DNA of 64,000 bases from Eledone cirrhosa (GCA_964016885.1 OZ024743.1:332134001-332198000); one strand, 5' to 3'. Counted from the first letter of the stretch, positions 42,876 to 54,385 are shown. Notes: a model not told the origin generated them from the sequence alone. Numbers and translations are program-made.

Positions 42876-43862
42876 GATACACATTAAATGATGATGATGA
42901 TGATTATATATATATATGAGAGAGAGAGGGGTGAAGTTGGAAATAGCACAGAAAATATATTTTAGGGTCTGTTTTTCCTTTTTTCCCCTTTCTTTGATTC
43001 GTCAAAGTGACATTATTAAAAAGATATTGAAAAAATGAGAGGGTCAATTCTTTTAAAAAAGAGTTTTATAAAGTATATAAAGTATATAACGTATTACCGG
43101 TTTCGATGTGTTAGTAAAATTTATCTTGTCAAATGTTGAGTATTACAATTAAAAAGAAGTAATAAGAATTAAAAACTAAAAATTAAAGATTTAAAATTAA
43201 GAGGTAAGTTTTTTTCATCTCCTTGTTGAGAAGGAGACTGGAAAATGAACTCTTGTGTGTGTATCTCAATTGTGTTAATGGACTGGTCAAGAGTTCAGAT
43301 GGGCAAAGGGGGGAATTGTAAGCAAGAGACAAATTCTATGGGATTGGCAACAGTAGGGTTGTAAAAGAAATTCTATTTTAAGAATATGGTTTTAGAGAGT
43401 GTGTGTACATTCGAGAGTGTATATATAAAAAAAATAAGTGTGGGTGGGGGTTAGCCTGTCAGTCATAGATCCCTTTGTGGTGGGAAATTAAAAAAAAAAA
43501 GAGCAAACCATCAGTGGTGGCTTTCAATCAGGAATTTTTGGAAAATATGGGTATTAGCATTTTTACTCTTATTTCGTGGTGTGTGTGTGTGTGCATACGT
43601 GCGCATATATGTGGGGGTGGGAGAGAGAGAGAATCTAATGGGGGTGATTACATATTTAATTTTGGTTTAAATTTGTTAATAAATAGTTTTTCTTTATTCT
43701 TTGTTGTTGAGTGAAAGAATCGGGGCATTTGTAAAGGGGGAAGATTTTAAAGTTGGATAGGGTCATTCCTGCACAATCTGCAATGTAGCTACTTAAGGGG
43801 ATTTTTCTTGTGTTTACGTCTCAGATTTGTTGGCGGTGGATGGTCATTCTTTTGCGTAATGA

Positions 43863-43924
<62 letters not shown>

Positions 43925-43974
43925 CTAATTCTATAAGTTGATAAAACAACAGTAAGGCATTCAGATATATATCC

Positions 43975-44361
43975 AGAAAAACGAGAGAGAAATGAAGCAA
44001 GTATGCTCCGTTGGATGTGCAATGTCAATGTGCATGAACGATCAAGCATGGATGAGTTGAGAAAGAAACTGGATATAAGAGGGATAAATTGTGGTGTGCA
44101 GGAGAGAACGCCGAGATGGAATGGGCATGTGATGCGCATGGAGGATGATTGCTGAGTAAAGAAGTGCAAAGAAATCCCAGTAGAAGGAAGACGCAGTAGA
44201 GGTAGACCATGTAAAACATGGGTGGAGGTGGTGAGAGCAGACCTCAGATCACTGAAATTCACCGCGGAGATGACGAAGGACCATGACAAGTGGAGGGATG
44301 CTGTGCTGAATAGGACCCATCCAACCCTTGCAAGCAGGGAAAAGCGGACATATGATGATGA
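43975..44361 (+). mobile_element. RTE LINE 3' fragment
   Basis: ERNEASMLRWMCNVNVHERSSMDELRKKL...WNGHVMRM...GRPCKTW, then CCCTTGCAAGCAGGGAAAAGCGGAC and a (TGA)n tail. Confidence 0.9.
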
Positions 44362-44705
44362 TTTCAGAGGTAAATCCAGTTGGTATAATTGGTATACATT
44401 TGGTCATCTTGGATTTAAACCACAAAGCATGGAAAAACAGACATTAAATGATGATAATGGTGTGTGCGTGTGTAAGAAAAACAACTCTTACACATACATA
44501 AAAGCATACATAAACACATAAATAGATATATACATATAGACATACACACATATGTATAGGGAGAGAGACATAACCCTCGCTAGCAGGTAAAAGCAGACAT
44601 AAATGAAGATAATGATGATACATATATGGACACACACATACACACACACACATACACACAAACACACAAAACAACAGAAAAAGGAACTCTTTCATTGTGT
44701 AATTT

Positions 44706-45344
44706 TTTAACTATTCAGAGTATTTTGTAATTTGTCTTCTCTCTGTTGATTATATTGTGAACCATAATACAGAATCTAAATCTTTCATAGCAGTTAATTA
44801 TATGTGAAATAGGAGGAGTAAAAAGAATTGTGTGTGTGTTTGAAAGGGACCTAAATTGTTGTTTATAATGACATAACCTGAGCCAGTAGCATTAAATGGT
44901 AGAAAATAGAGGCAATATCTATTGTGATTGACAACTGAATGGTAATAGTAGAGAGATAAAGACTTAACAGTGGTAAGTCATTCTAGTTAACCTATGTCAC
45001 TCTCACATAATGGTCTTTGTTGTGTTACACAACTGTGAAAACAACAATACTTGTTGTAAAGCTGCTCTATAAAATGTTCTGATTAATCAAGAAACTATTG
45101 AATAGACACAGGTATGGCAAAATGGTTAAGAAGATTGCTTCACAATCACAAGGTACTGGGTTCAATCCAACTTCATGACATCTTGAAGACCAATGACCTA
45201 GCACTTAAAATTGAATCTGTAGAAGATTTAGGGAATAAATTCCAAATTTGGGGGTACTAGGGTTCAGTCCCACTGCATGACATCCAGTAAACCAATAACC
45301 CAGAACTTATAGCTGAATCTGTGAAAGATTTAGAGAATTCCAAA
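44706..45344 (+). repeat. Left arm of a ~640-bp long inverted repeat (partner 49849-50490)
   Basis: 44706-45200 is the reverse complement of ~49996-50490 with about 3 mismatches seen. The inner ~145 bp is more diverged. Confidence 0.92.
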
Positions 45345-45535
45345 TATGGATAGAAACCAGAAGGGCTCAAAGTAATTCAAGCAAAGACTTAAGATTTAGA
45401 TAGCGCTGTTATCTGGAAATAATCCTGCTTGATATCCAGAAAGAGAATAAGTAGAAATTCCACAGTGTCCCCTATATGGAGTACCCTATATATACTATGA
45501 ATCTACAAGAGATATAATGGGATCACAGACAGGTG
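45108..45535 (+). mobile_element. tRNA-SINE head fused to decayed RTE RT fragment (chimeric, partly duplicated)
   Basis: A-box-like TGGCAAAATGG and B-box GGTTCAATCC, then sequence matching the RTE DDL.LIAES..ELE.KFQ...GLKV...SGK region. The ~100-bp junction unit occurs twice. Confidence 0.6.
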
Positions 45536-45734
45536 GGCAGAGTAGGAAAACTTATACCATAATCTCAGGTTGACTGAAGTCTTGTGAGTAAAATTAGGCG
45601 AATGGTAACTGTTTGGAAACCTATCAGATTGACTGTATCTGTTAATCGAAGGTGCAGTCTTGTCAGATTGTCATGTTGAATATTTAAAGGTACACATATC
45701 CATGAAATACTCAGCTACTTAGAATATAATTGTT

Positions 45735-45925
45735 TCTAATTTAGGTACAAGGCCAACAATTTTGGGGAAGAGAAAAGTTGATTAAATCAACCCTAGAGCA
45801 TTACAGGTACTTTATTTTATAGACCCCCGTAAGGATGAAAGGCAAAGTTAACCTCGGCGGGATTTGAACTCAGAATGTAAAGGGCCATAACTATGCTGCA
45901 AAGCATGACATCTGATGCTCTAACA
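45735..45925 (-). mobile_element. tRNA-derived SINE
   Basis: Minus-strand B-box GAGTTCAAATCCC followed by GCCGAGGTTAACTTTGCCTTTCATCC...GGGGTCTATAAAATAAAGTACC core; same family as 54200-54385. Confidence 0.75.
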
Positions 45926-45937
45926 ATACTGATAATC

Positions 45938-46182
45938 CAGATGCACATGGATGATGTTCAATGGGTGAAGAACTGCCAGGAAATGACAGTGGAAGGAAGC
46001 AGCAGTAGAGGTACACCAAGAAAGACCTGGGCAAATGAAGTGAGAGCTGACCTGAAATTGCTGAGACTCACAGATAAGATGACAAAGAAACATAACGAGT
46101 GGAGAGATGCCGTGCTGAGAAGGACTTGTCCAACCCATGCAAGTGTGGAAAAACAGACGTAAAAACGAAGATAATGATAATA
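45938..46182 (+). mobile_element. RTE LINE 3' fragment
   Basis: MHMDDVQWVKNCQEMTVEGSSSRGTPRKTW...WRDAV, then CCAACCCATGCAAGTGTGGAAAAACAGACGT and a GAT-type tail. Confidence 0.85.
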
Positions 46183-46407
46183 ATGTCTGTGTTATCAGAT
46201 TCAACAATATTGTTGTCATACTTATTTAACTGTACATCTTAATTAATTAAACATAAGTGTTTAATTAAATGTTTCTGTAATTAAGTCCCCAAACTAATGT
46301 TGAAATCTTATCTTGTTATAATTAGAGATCTAATCTTATATCTTGTTGTTGTTGTTATACCATATGGACACTGGAATATTGAATCCTACATTGTGAAGCA
46401 TGATTTT

Positions 46408-46714
46408 TATATATATATATATATATATATAATTTTAACATACGTTTTTCCATGCTTGCATACGTATATACATATATACATGTGTGTGCGTGTGTATGTA
46501 CATATATATGTATATATGTGTGTGTGTGTGTGTGTGTGTATGTATATATAAGTATATATATATATATGTGCATATATATGTATATACATGTGTGTGTATA
46601 TATAAGTGTATATATATGTGTATATATGAGTGTATATATACGTATGCATGTGTATATATAAGTGTACATATATATATGCGTGTACCTGTATATATAAGTG
46701 AATATGTGTGTGTA

Positions 46715-46804
<90 letters not shown>

Positions 46805-46868
46805 TATATATAAATATATATATAAATATATATGTGTGTGTATATATATATATATATATGTTATATAA
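46408..46868. repeat. (TA)n/(TG)n compound microsatellite
   Basis: Direct sequence. Confidence 0.95.
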
Positions 46869-47124
46869 ACATGTGATGAACTTAGACTAGCGTCTGTAGA
46901 CCAGGTGCAGTTTGGCAAAAGGCCATACTTTCCACACCAAGCTGCTCGGCAATGAGAAATACTTAAATGGTAGGTTGGTGTAAAACCTGAGATTTTAATT
47001 ATATATAGGTAATGAAACAATGGCTTCTCTTAGAGATTGGAAAATCATTGTAATTCCTCCTCAACCAACCATAAAGGAATATAGATATAGGGAAAGAAAC
47101 AAAGTGCTGCATATATTGATACAT

Positions 47125-47290
47125 CAACATCATCTGATCACCATCATTACCAACACCATCATCACCATCACAACCATCATCATCATCACCACCATCATCA
47201 TCGCGATCATCACCATCACCACCACCACACTACCACACCCTCATCACCACCAACACCATCACCATCACCACCACCACCACCATCATCATA
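47125..47290. repeat. (CAT/CAC)n trinucleotide tract
   Basis: Direct sequence. Confidence 0.9.
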
Positions 47291-47568
47291 CATCCGGCTC
47301 CTATGTTGGCAGAGGATAGATGATTTATGGTCTGAGTCAGTTCCTATTTTAAATTCCTGCCTTCCTAAATTGGTTGAAGGACTGACCCCCATATCACTTG
47401 TATTGATACATCAAGTTTCACTACAGTTTCTACAGCTGAATGCCCTTCCTCACACCCTAAAACCAAGCACTTTATAGAGGGTACAAAGATATTTATTATA
47501 CATGGATATTTTGTATATATATATATATATACATACTCTTAGAGTATATATATATATATATATATATA

Positions 47569-49060
47569 CTCTTAGAAAACTAGGTGTTGATGAATGGCTT
47601 GTGAGAGCTATACAAACCATGCATAAAGAAATAGTCAGCAAGGTTAGAATTAACAACGAATATAGTGAAGAGTTTAGTGTAAAAGTTGGTGTTCATCAGG
47701 GATCCGTTCTTATCCCCCTACTATTTATTATTTCCCTTCAGGCTATAACAGAGGAGTTCAAGACCGGCTGCCCATGGGAACTCCTATAGACAGATGATCT
47801 AACGCTCATAGGCCTTAAAATTAACCTGTCTAAGACTAAAGTTCTAGTTTGTAGGAAGGAAAATAAGGCACCAGTCCCATCTGGGAAATTGCCATGCTCA
47901 GTGTGTAGGAAAGGAGTAGGCAGAAATTCCATTTTATGTCCCAAATGCAAAGTATGTGTGCATAAAAGATGTAGTGGGATCACAGGTAAGCTAACTAAGA
48001 ATATAGATTTTATATGTGGCCGGTGCTCTGGTGCAATAAGTAGCAGCAAGTGCCCACAGAATACTAGTTCATTCCATTGCACAGATGGTTCTATAGAAAT
48101 AGTGGACACCTTCTGTTACCTGGGTGACAAAATCGGCAGTGGTGGAGAGTGCTCCGAAAGTACAGTAGCTAGAGTCAGAACAGGATGGAAAAAGTTCAGA
48201 GAGCTTATACCACTATTGGCCGCTAAAGGGTTCTCTCTAAAAATGAAAGGCAGGCTGTATGATGCCTGCATACGAACAGCAATGTTGCATGGCAGTGAGA
48301 CCTGGGCATTGTGTGCAGAGGATATACGCAGACTGGAGAGGAACGAAGCATGCATGCTCCGCTGGATGTGTAATAGTAATATACGTGAACGGCAAAGCAT
48401 AAACGAACTAAGGGAGAAATTAGGAACAAGAGGGATCAGATGCTGTTTACTCGAGAGAAGACTACGTTGGTACGGTCACGTGATGCGCATGAAAGACGAC
48501 AGCTGTATAAAAAAGTGCAGGGCGATAAAAATAGACGGTAGCCACGGAGTAGGCAGACCCAGAAAAACCTGGGACGACTTGCTAAATTCCGAATCACACA
48601 CTTACACCTCTCCAAGACAATGTCACTGGACCGAGATCTTTGGCGATACACAGTAATACAGAAGACCCACCTTGCCTAAGTATAAAGCGAAACCTACAGT
48701 CAGTAGGCACCTCTAACAAAAATACACCCCGGCCCCACTACCCCCACTTCATCCACACCACCCCTTCCAATGTAAAGCTATGTTGGTACCACAACATCCA
48801 GTCCGAAACAAATGAGGGCGTGTAGGTGTCACAACAAAAAAACACACAGTCCACGCTGTAATGTGGCTGTGTAGGTAACACAGTAAAAACCTCCCAGTCC
48901 ACACTGTAAACGTGGTTGGTGTTAGGAAGGGCATCCAGCCGTAGAAAACCCGCCAGACAGTTCTATACGAGCAAGACAACCAATCTTGCCTCAAGTGAGA
49001 AAATTCCCGTTCAACCCATGCTAGCGTGGAAGATGGACGTTAAACGATGATGATGATGAT
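47569..49060 (+). mobile_element. 5'-truncated RTE-clade LINE (RT C-half, PHD-like finger, 3' UTR, (GAT)n tail), pseudogenised
   Basis: LRKLGVDEWLV...GVHQGSVL; the YADD codons are mutated to TAG-ACA-GAT-GAT; ~60-bp deletion before GLKINL; ORF 47889-48656; starts in (TA)n. Confidence 0.97.
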
Positions 49061-49142
49061 ACAACCCCCGTTCACATCATAAAATCACACTCTATAAAGT
49101 ACTTGGTTTTAGGGTGTGAGGAAGAGTATTCATATACATATA

Positions 49143-49305
49143 TCATCATCATCACTTTAAGTCCGCTTTTCCCTGCTTGCAAGGGTGGGACAAGAACTGA
49201 TTCTGGCTTGATTTCTACAGCTGGATGCCCTTCCTAACACCAACCTCATTTACAGTGAGTGCTGGGTGCTTTTTTGCTGTGGCACCTCCACGACCACTTT
49301 GCAGT
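49143..49305 (-). mobile_element. RTE-related 3' UTR/tail fragment
   Basis: Reverse complement of GGTGCCACAGC-AAAAAAGCACCCAGCACTCACTGTAAA...GGAAGGGCATCCAGC and CCCTTGCAAGCAGGGAAAAGCGGAC plus (TGA)n. Confidence 0.85.
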
Positions 49306-49334
49306 GGAATGATATGGACCCCAGTCCCTATCAT

Positions 49335-49480
49335 CTCATTTCTACAGCTGAGTAAACTGGAGCAATGTGAAATAAAGTGTCTTGCTTAAGGAAACAACAC
49401 ATCACCCGGTCTGAGAATTGAACTCACAACCTTTCGATTGCAAGGCCAATGCTCTAACCACTAAGCCATATGCCTCCACA
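49335..49480 (-). mobile_element. tRNA-derived SINE
   Basis: Minus strand has A-box TGGCTTAGTGG, B-box GAGTTCAATTC, then CTTAAGCAAGACACTTTATTTCAC. Confidence 0.8.
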
Positions 49481-49712
49481 TACACATATATATATATCGA
49501 TCGATTGACAAGATCCAAGACCTCATTCGCCTACCACGAGGGGGTGTAACTCATCAAATCAGACCAAGGATACAATGTTTCCATTGGTCTTCCCATCGCA
49601 TGTTTGGAATTACTTCTCAAAATCTTTCACAGATTCAGCTTTAAGTACCGGGTCATTGGTCTACTGGATATCATGTAGTGGGACTAAACCCACTACCTCC
49701 ATGTTTGGAATC

Positions 49713-49847
49713 TCTTCTCTCTTCTTTTCCCATTTATTCCTGAGGGGCTGTGAGGGCGCGAGTCCTCCAACACTCCTTCCAACAGGTCTTGTCAGAAGCA
49801 GCCATCTCCAACTGATCCAGCTGGATCCTAAAACATGTCCAGCCAAG
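49713..49847 (-). mobile_element. Short Rex3/Expander-type LINE 3' end with 10-bp TSD
   Basis: Homologous to 41025-41151. Flanked by GTTTGGAATC at 49703-49712 and 49848-49857. Confidence 0.8.
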
Positions 49848-49848
49848 G

Positions 49849-50490
49849 TTTGGAATCACTTCTCTAAATCTTTCACAGATTCAGCTATAAGTACTGGGTT
49901 ATTGGTTTACTGGATGTCATGCAGTGAGATTGAACCCAGTACCTCCATGTTTGGAATTACTTCACTAAATCTTCTATAAATTCAGCTATAAGAATTAGGT
50001 CATTGGTCTTCAAGATGTCATGAAGTTGGATTGAACCCAGTACCTTGTGATTGTGAAGCAATCTTCTTAACCATTTTGCCATATCTGTGTCTATTCAATA
50101 GTTTTTTGATTAAGCAGAACATTTTATAGAGCAGCTTTACAACAAGTATTGTTGTTTTCACAGTTGTGTAACACAACAAAGACCATTATGTGAGAGTGAC
50201 ATAGGTTAACTAGAATGACTTACCACTGTTAAGTCTTTATCTCTCTACTATTACCATTCAGTTGTCAATCACAATAGATATTGCCTCTATTTTCTACCAT
50301 TTAATGCTACTGGCTCAGGTTATGTCATTATAAACAACAATTTAGGTCCCTTTCAAACACACACACAATTCTTTTTACTCCTCCTATTTCACATATAATT
50401 AACTGCTATGAAAGATTTAGATTCTGTATTATGGTTCACAATATAATCAACAGAGAGAAGACAAATTACAAAATACTCTGAATAGTTAAA
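49849..50490 (-). repeat. Right arm of long inverted repeat (partner 44706-45344)
   Basis: Reverse-complement match read directly. Confidence 0.92.
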
Positions 50491-50569
50491 TTCTCGCTGT
50501 GTCCTATGGAACAAAGGTGCTCATAATATTGGTTTCTAGTTTAGGCATAAGGCCAGAAATTATTTGTAA

Positions 50570-51490
50570 AGTGGTAGTGCTGGTTCAACACTAAAATACA
50601 ACCAGCCCACTCAGTGATGAGGTTATGCTGGTGCCAGACTAAAATACAACCAACCCACTCAGTGATGAGGTTATGCTGGTGCCAGACTAAAATACAACCA
50701 ACCCACTCAGTGATGTGGTAGTGCTGGTGCCAGACTAAAATACAACCAGCCCACTCAGTGATGTGGTTGTGCTGGTGCCAGACTAAAATACAACCAGCCC
50801 ACTCAGTGATGTGATAGTGCTGGTTCAACACTAAAATACAACCAGCCCACTCAGTGATGTGGTTGTGCTGGTGCCAGACTAAAATACAACCAGCCCACTC
50901 AGTGATGTGGTAGTGCTGGTGCCAGACTAAAATACAACTAGCCCACTCAGTGATGTGGTAGTGCTGGTGCCAGACTAAAATACAACCAGCCCACTCAGTG
51001 ATGAGGTTATGCTGGTGCCAGACTAAAATACAACCAGCCCACTCAGTGATGTTGTTATGCTGGTGCCAGACTAAAATACAACCAGCCCACTCAGTGATGT
51101 GGTTGTGCTGGTGCCAGACTAAAATACAACCAACCCACTCAGTGATGTGGTAGTGCTGGTGCCAGACTAAAATACAACCAGCCCACTCAGTGATGTGGTT
51201 GTGCTGGTGCCAGACTAAAATACAACAAGCCCACTCAGTGATGTGGTAGTGCTGGTTCAACACTAAAATACAACCAGCCCACTCAGTGATGTGGTTGTGC
51301 TGGTGCCAGACTATAATACAACCAGCCCACTCAGTGATGTGGTTATGCTGGTGCCACACTAAAATACAACCAACCTACACAGTGTTGTGGTTGTGCTGGT
51401 GCCATGATAAAATGCACCCAGTATACTCTCAAGTGGTAAGGCTGGTATTATGATAAAATGCACCCAGTCAACTCAGTAAGTGATGGTGTC
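50570..51490. repeat. 48-bp minisatellite, ~17 copies plus diverged end copies (GCTGGTGCCAGACTAAAATACAACCAGCCCACTCAGTGATGTGGTTGT)
   Basis: Direct sequence; 16-aa periodicity in the minus-strand ORF. Confidence 0.97.
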
Positions 51491-52419
51491 GTGACAAAAT
51501 GGTTTGTCATATACACCAGTGTATCTTATATCCCCTCCCAATATAAGATCTTTGCTGTGTTAACTGCTGTTAGAGTTGCAGGGGCACCATAGTGATATAT
51601 GGTGTCTTGCGCATTCAAACCTGGAGAACTCATCCTTCTTTCTTTAAGTTAGAGCCCAGCTAAGTTCATCCAGAGAGAGAGAATACAGAGAGTATAGAAG
51701 GAGAATTGTCACCAACATTAAACTGACATTTTATTGACATTGAAAGGAAATGCAAAGTTAACCTTGGGAGGAAATTAAAGAGAACTGGAACAAATGCCAC
51801 AAAACATAGTATATGATATTCTAATGACTAATACACAGTCCCACAAAACAGTGTCCTTGGCCCTATGACCATCTCCTTACTCACCACCATCAGCACGGTA
51901 TTTGTTACCCACAGGTGAGAGCCTTGCAAGCTGAAATGGCTCTTCTAATGCATCTCCCTCACCATCCACTAGTGAAACCCCTTCTCTATTCTGTCTGCCG
52001 GGGCCACGGGGCAGCCAGCGCATGAACCCCCATTTGCTTATAATAGTGAGAGATGAGGAGAGCGAGAGTGACTATACCACCTATCCTTCCCTTAGCATAT
52101 TTCAACAGAAAGACACTGACATTCTAATACATTTTAATCCACACTCCCACAAAACTACAGCGCAAGTTCTACAAAATTTAAACTGTTTTCTCTGCTCACT
52201 ACTGGATACAAAGATGATAATTCTATCAGTTTTATAGAGCAATTGATTTTCTTCAGTGAATCGATTGATACACTGTTTTATTTATATTTCTCGTTTATGT
52301 ACATTGGGTTTTTTATTCATATTTGTTTTGCTGTGGTTTTTTTTAATATGTTTTATATACAAACCTCAGGGGAACAAAAGGTTAAGTCGATTAATACAAG
52401 ATTTTGAACTCATTTAGTT

Positions 52420-52720
52420 TATATTGTTGTTGGTGGTGTTATTGTTGTTCTCGGTGGTGGTGGTGTTATTGTTGGTGGTGTTGATTTTGTTATTGGTGGT
52501 GTTGGAAGTGGTGGCAGTGTTGTTGGTGGTAGTGATGGAGGTGGTGTTAGAAATGGTGATGGGTTTGTTGGATATGGTAATGGAAGTATGCTGGTGTTGC
52601 TACAGTTGTTGCTGGTGGTGCTGTAGGTGTTGTCGGTGGTGGCAGTGGTGGTGGTGACAATAATGTTGTTGCTAATGGAGGTAATGTTGGGGGTGTTGTT
52701 TTCTGTGGTAGTGATGTTGA
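52420..52720. repeat. Degenerate (GTG/GTT)n tract
   Basis: Direct sequence. Confidence 0.85.
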
Positions 52721-52790
52721 TATATTTACTTTATCAGTGACACTTTATCAGAATACTGTTAAATAATATGTGCGATCGCTGTGGTTAATC

Positions 52791-53091
52791 CAGGGACCAT
52801 GGATAATTTCCCAAAATCCCTAGCCTGGCAGTGCTATTAAGGAGCATTACCAGGGTCCATGGATAGTTTCCAGAAATCCCTGGCCTGGCAGTGCTACTAA
52901 GAAGCATTACCAGGGTCCATGGATAGTTTCCAGAAATCCCTGGCCTGCCAATGCTACTAAGGAGCATTACCAGGGTCCATGGATAGTTTCCAGAAATCCC
53001 TGGCCTGGCAATGCTACCAAAGAGAATTATCAGGGACCAGGGATATTTTCCAGAAATCCCTGGCCTGGCAGTACAACCAAGGAGCATTGCC
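52791..53091. repeat. 60-bp tandem repeat, 5 copies
   Basis: Units start at 52791, 52851, 52911, 52971 and 53031 (CAGGGTCCATGGATAGTTTCCAGAAATCCCTGGCCTGGCAGTGCTACTAAGGAGCATTAC). Confidence 0.97.
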
Positions 53092-53409
53092 AGAACAAGA
53101 TAAATTCTACAGGCATGGAAGTGCTGTCAACCTGACCTGTCTGAAATGTGTGCAGGGAGATGAAACCGTCCTGCAAGCACTCTTGCAATGTCCGAGTATT
53201 GCTGACATGTGAGTTTATATCTAACACCTGCTATCGTCTATAGGACATATCTGACTATTAACTAAGTCTATCGTGAAGATCACCCTGTCATCTTTCTTTA
53301 ATTGGGAAAGACAGGCAGTTTTTATCTGCCTGGTGCCAATGGCAAAAAAGGTCATGTGGTGGATGCATCTGAAAAGGTTGAAAACAAACACGCTTCAGCA
53401 AAGCCCTGA

Positions 53410-53633
53410 TTAACTATTTAGTTACCAACCCAGCCATAACTGTCTCTGGTTCTATGAAATAAAACCACCCATTTCAAATGAAAATTTTGTAACATAATTT
53501 TATATAAGAATCTTACATTAAGTTACTATCTTAGTAATGAAATAATAAAATAATTTTAGTAAATCCCTTGAAATTCTTCCTTAATTAATTAAGATAGTGT
53601 ATTTCGTTAGAAATGCAGTAATGAAAGGGTTAA
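53410..53633. mobile_element. piggyBac-like MITE remnant
   Basis: TTAA at both ends. Left TTAACTATTTAGTTACC versus right AGTAATGAAAGGGTTAA (imperfect TIR). Confidence 0.5.
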
Positions 53634-53874
53634 CTTTTTCAGGTTTCACTTGAAGAGAAAAATGAGGATAGTGCTGCCTTCCAACCAGTTTGTTGAAAGG
53701 TGGGTGAGAGAGGCAAGCATGGTCCAAGTGAATGGGCTTGCTCTGAGTATACACCTATAGATTGGAGGACAACTGGGAGGGGATATTTGCTCTAGTGATC
53801 AGGTTTAGGGTTCATTGTTTTTGTGGCTTTTTGTGGGCTTTCTCCACAGGTGACCCTTGGAAGTTCCTTTCTCT

Positions 53875-54192
53875 CTCTATGTACATCTCTTTCGCTTGAC
53901 ACTCCCCCTCTATCTACATGAAGGCGACGTCATAACTTTCTCTTTCTGTCACCGTGAAAACACACAGCGTTCCCTTTTCTCTCTCTATCTAGGTATATAT
54001 CTCTCACTGAACACCACCCTCTCTCTAAATAGATGAGGGCAAAGTCATAACTTTCTGTCTATCAACCCCTTTTCTCTCTCTGTCTCTGTACATATCTCTC
54101 ACTTGGCGCTCCCTCTCTATATATAAAGTGAGTGCGATGGATGGATTGATGGCGGGACGAACAGACAGACAGCGCTCTTATTATAATATAGA
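53875..54192 (-). mobile_element. Possible non-autonomous Helitron-type element 5' portion
   Basis: Minus strand A|TCTATATTATAATAAGAG followed by (GTCT)n; internal repeated GTCATAACTTTC blocks. No 3' CTRR hairpin identified. Confidence 0.35.
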
Positions 54193-54199
54193 TTATTGA

Positions 54200-54385
54200 G
54201 ACCTGGTGGATTAGCTGCTGAATTAATGCTTAGTGGTATTTGTTTAGGCTCTTTACATTCTGAGTTCAAATCCCACCAAGGACAATGTTGTCTTTTATCC
54301 TTCTCAAGCCAGTAAAATATAGTACCAGTCAACTACTGGTTCAATATAATAGCCTTTCCCCTTCCACTCAAAACTGCTGACCTGG
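54200..54385 (+). mobile_element. tRNA-derived SINE (diverged)
   Basis: B-box GAGTTCAAATCCC, then TTTTATCCTT...TAAAATATAGTACCAGTC core like 45735-45925. Confidence 0.7.

Larger units (their letters stand above)
52791..53870 (+). mobile_element. Decayed L1/Tx1-clade LINE 3' region (zf-RVT-like)
   Basis: FQKSLAWQYNQGALPEQDKFYRHG....TCLKCVQGDETVLQALLQCP fits the W....LP...C..C....ET..H.L..C pattern. The right boundary is approximate. Confidence 0.65.

Noticed and set aside
45108-45190. tRNA gene (also 49410-49480)
   Set aside because: A/B boxes are present but there is no cloverleaf; continues into SINE/LINE sequence.
46297-47319. YI/CV/His-rich ORFs (also 59205-59824 and 63487-63968)
   Set aside because: Translations of (TA)n, (TG)n and (CAT)n tracts.
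50541-51359. 272-aa repeat protein (WHQHNHITEWAGCILV)n
   Set aside because: A by-product of a 48-bp (multiple of 3) minisatellite related to a retroelement UTR; non-ATG start and no gene context.
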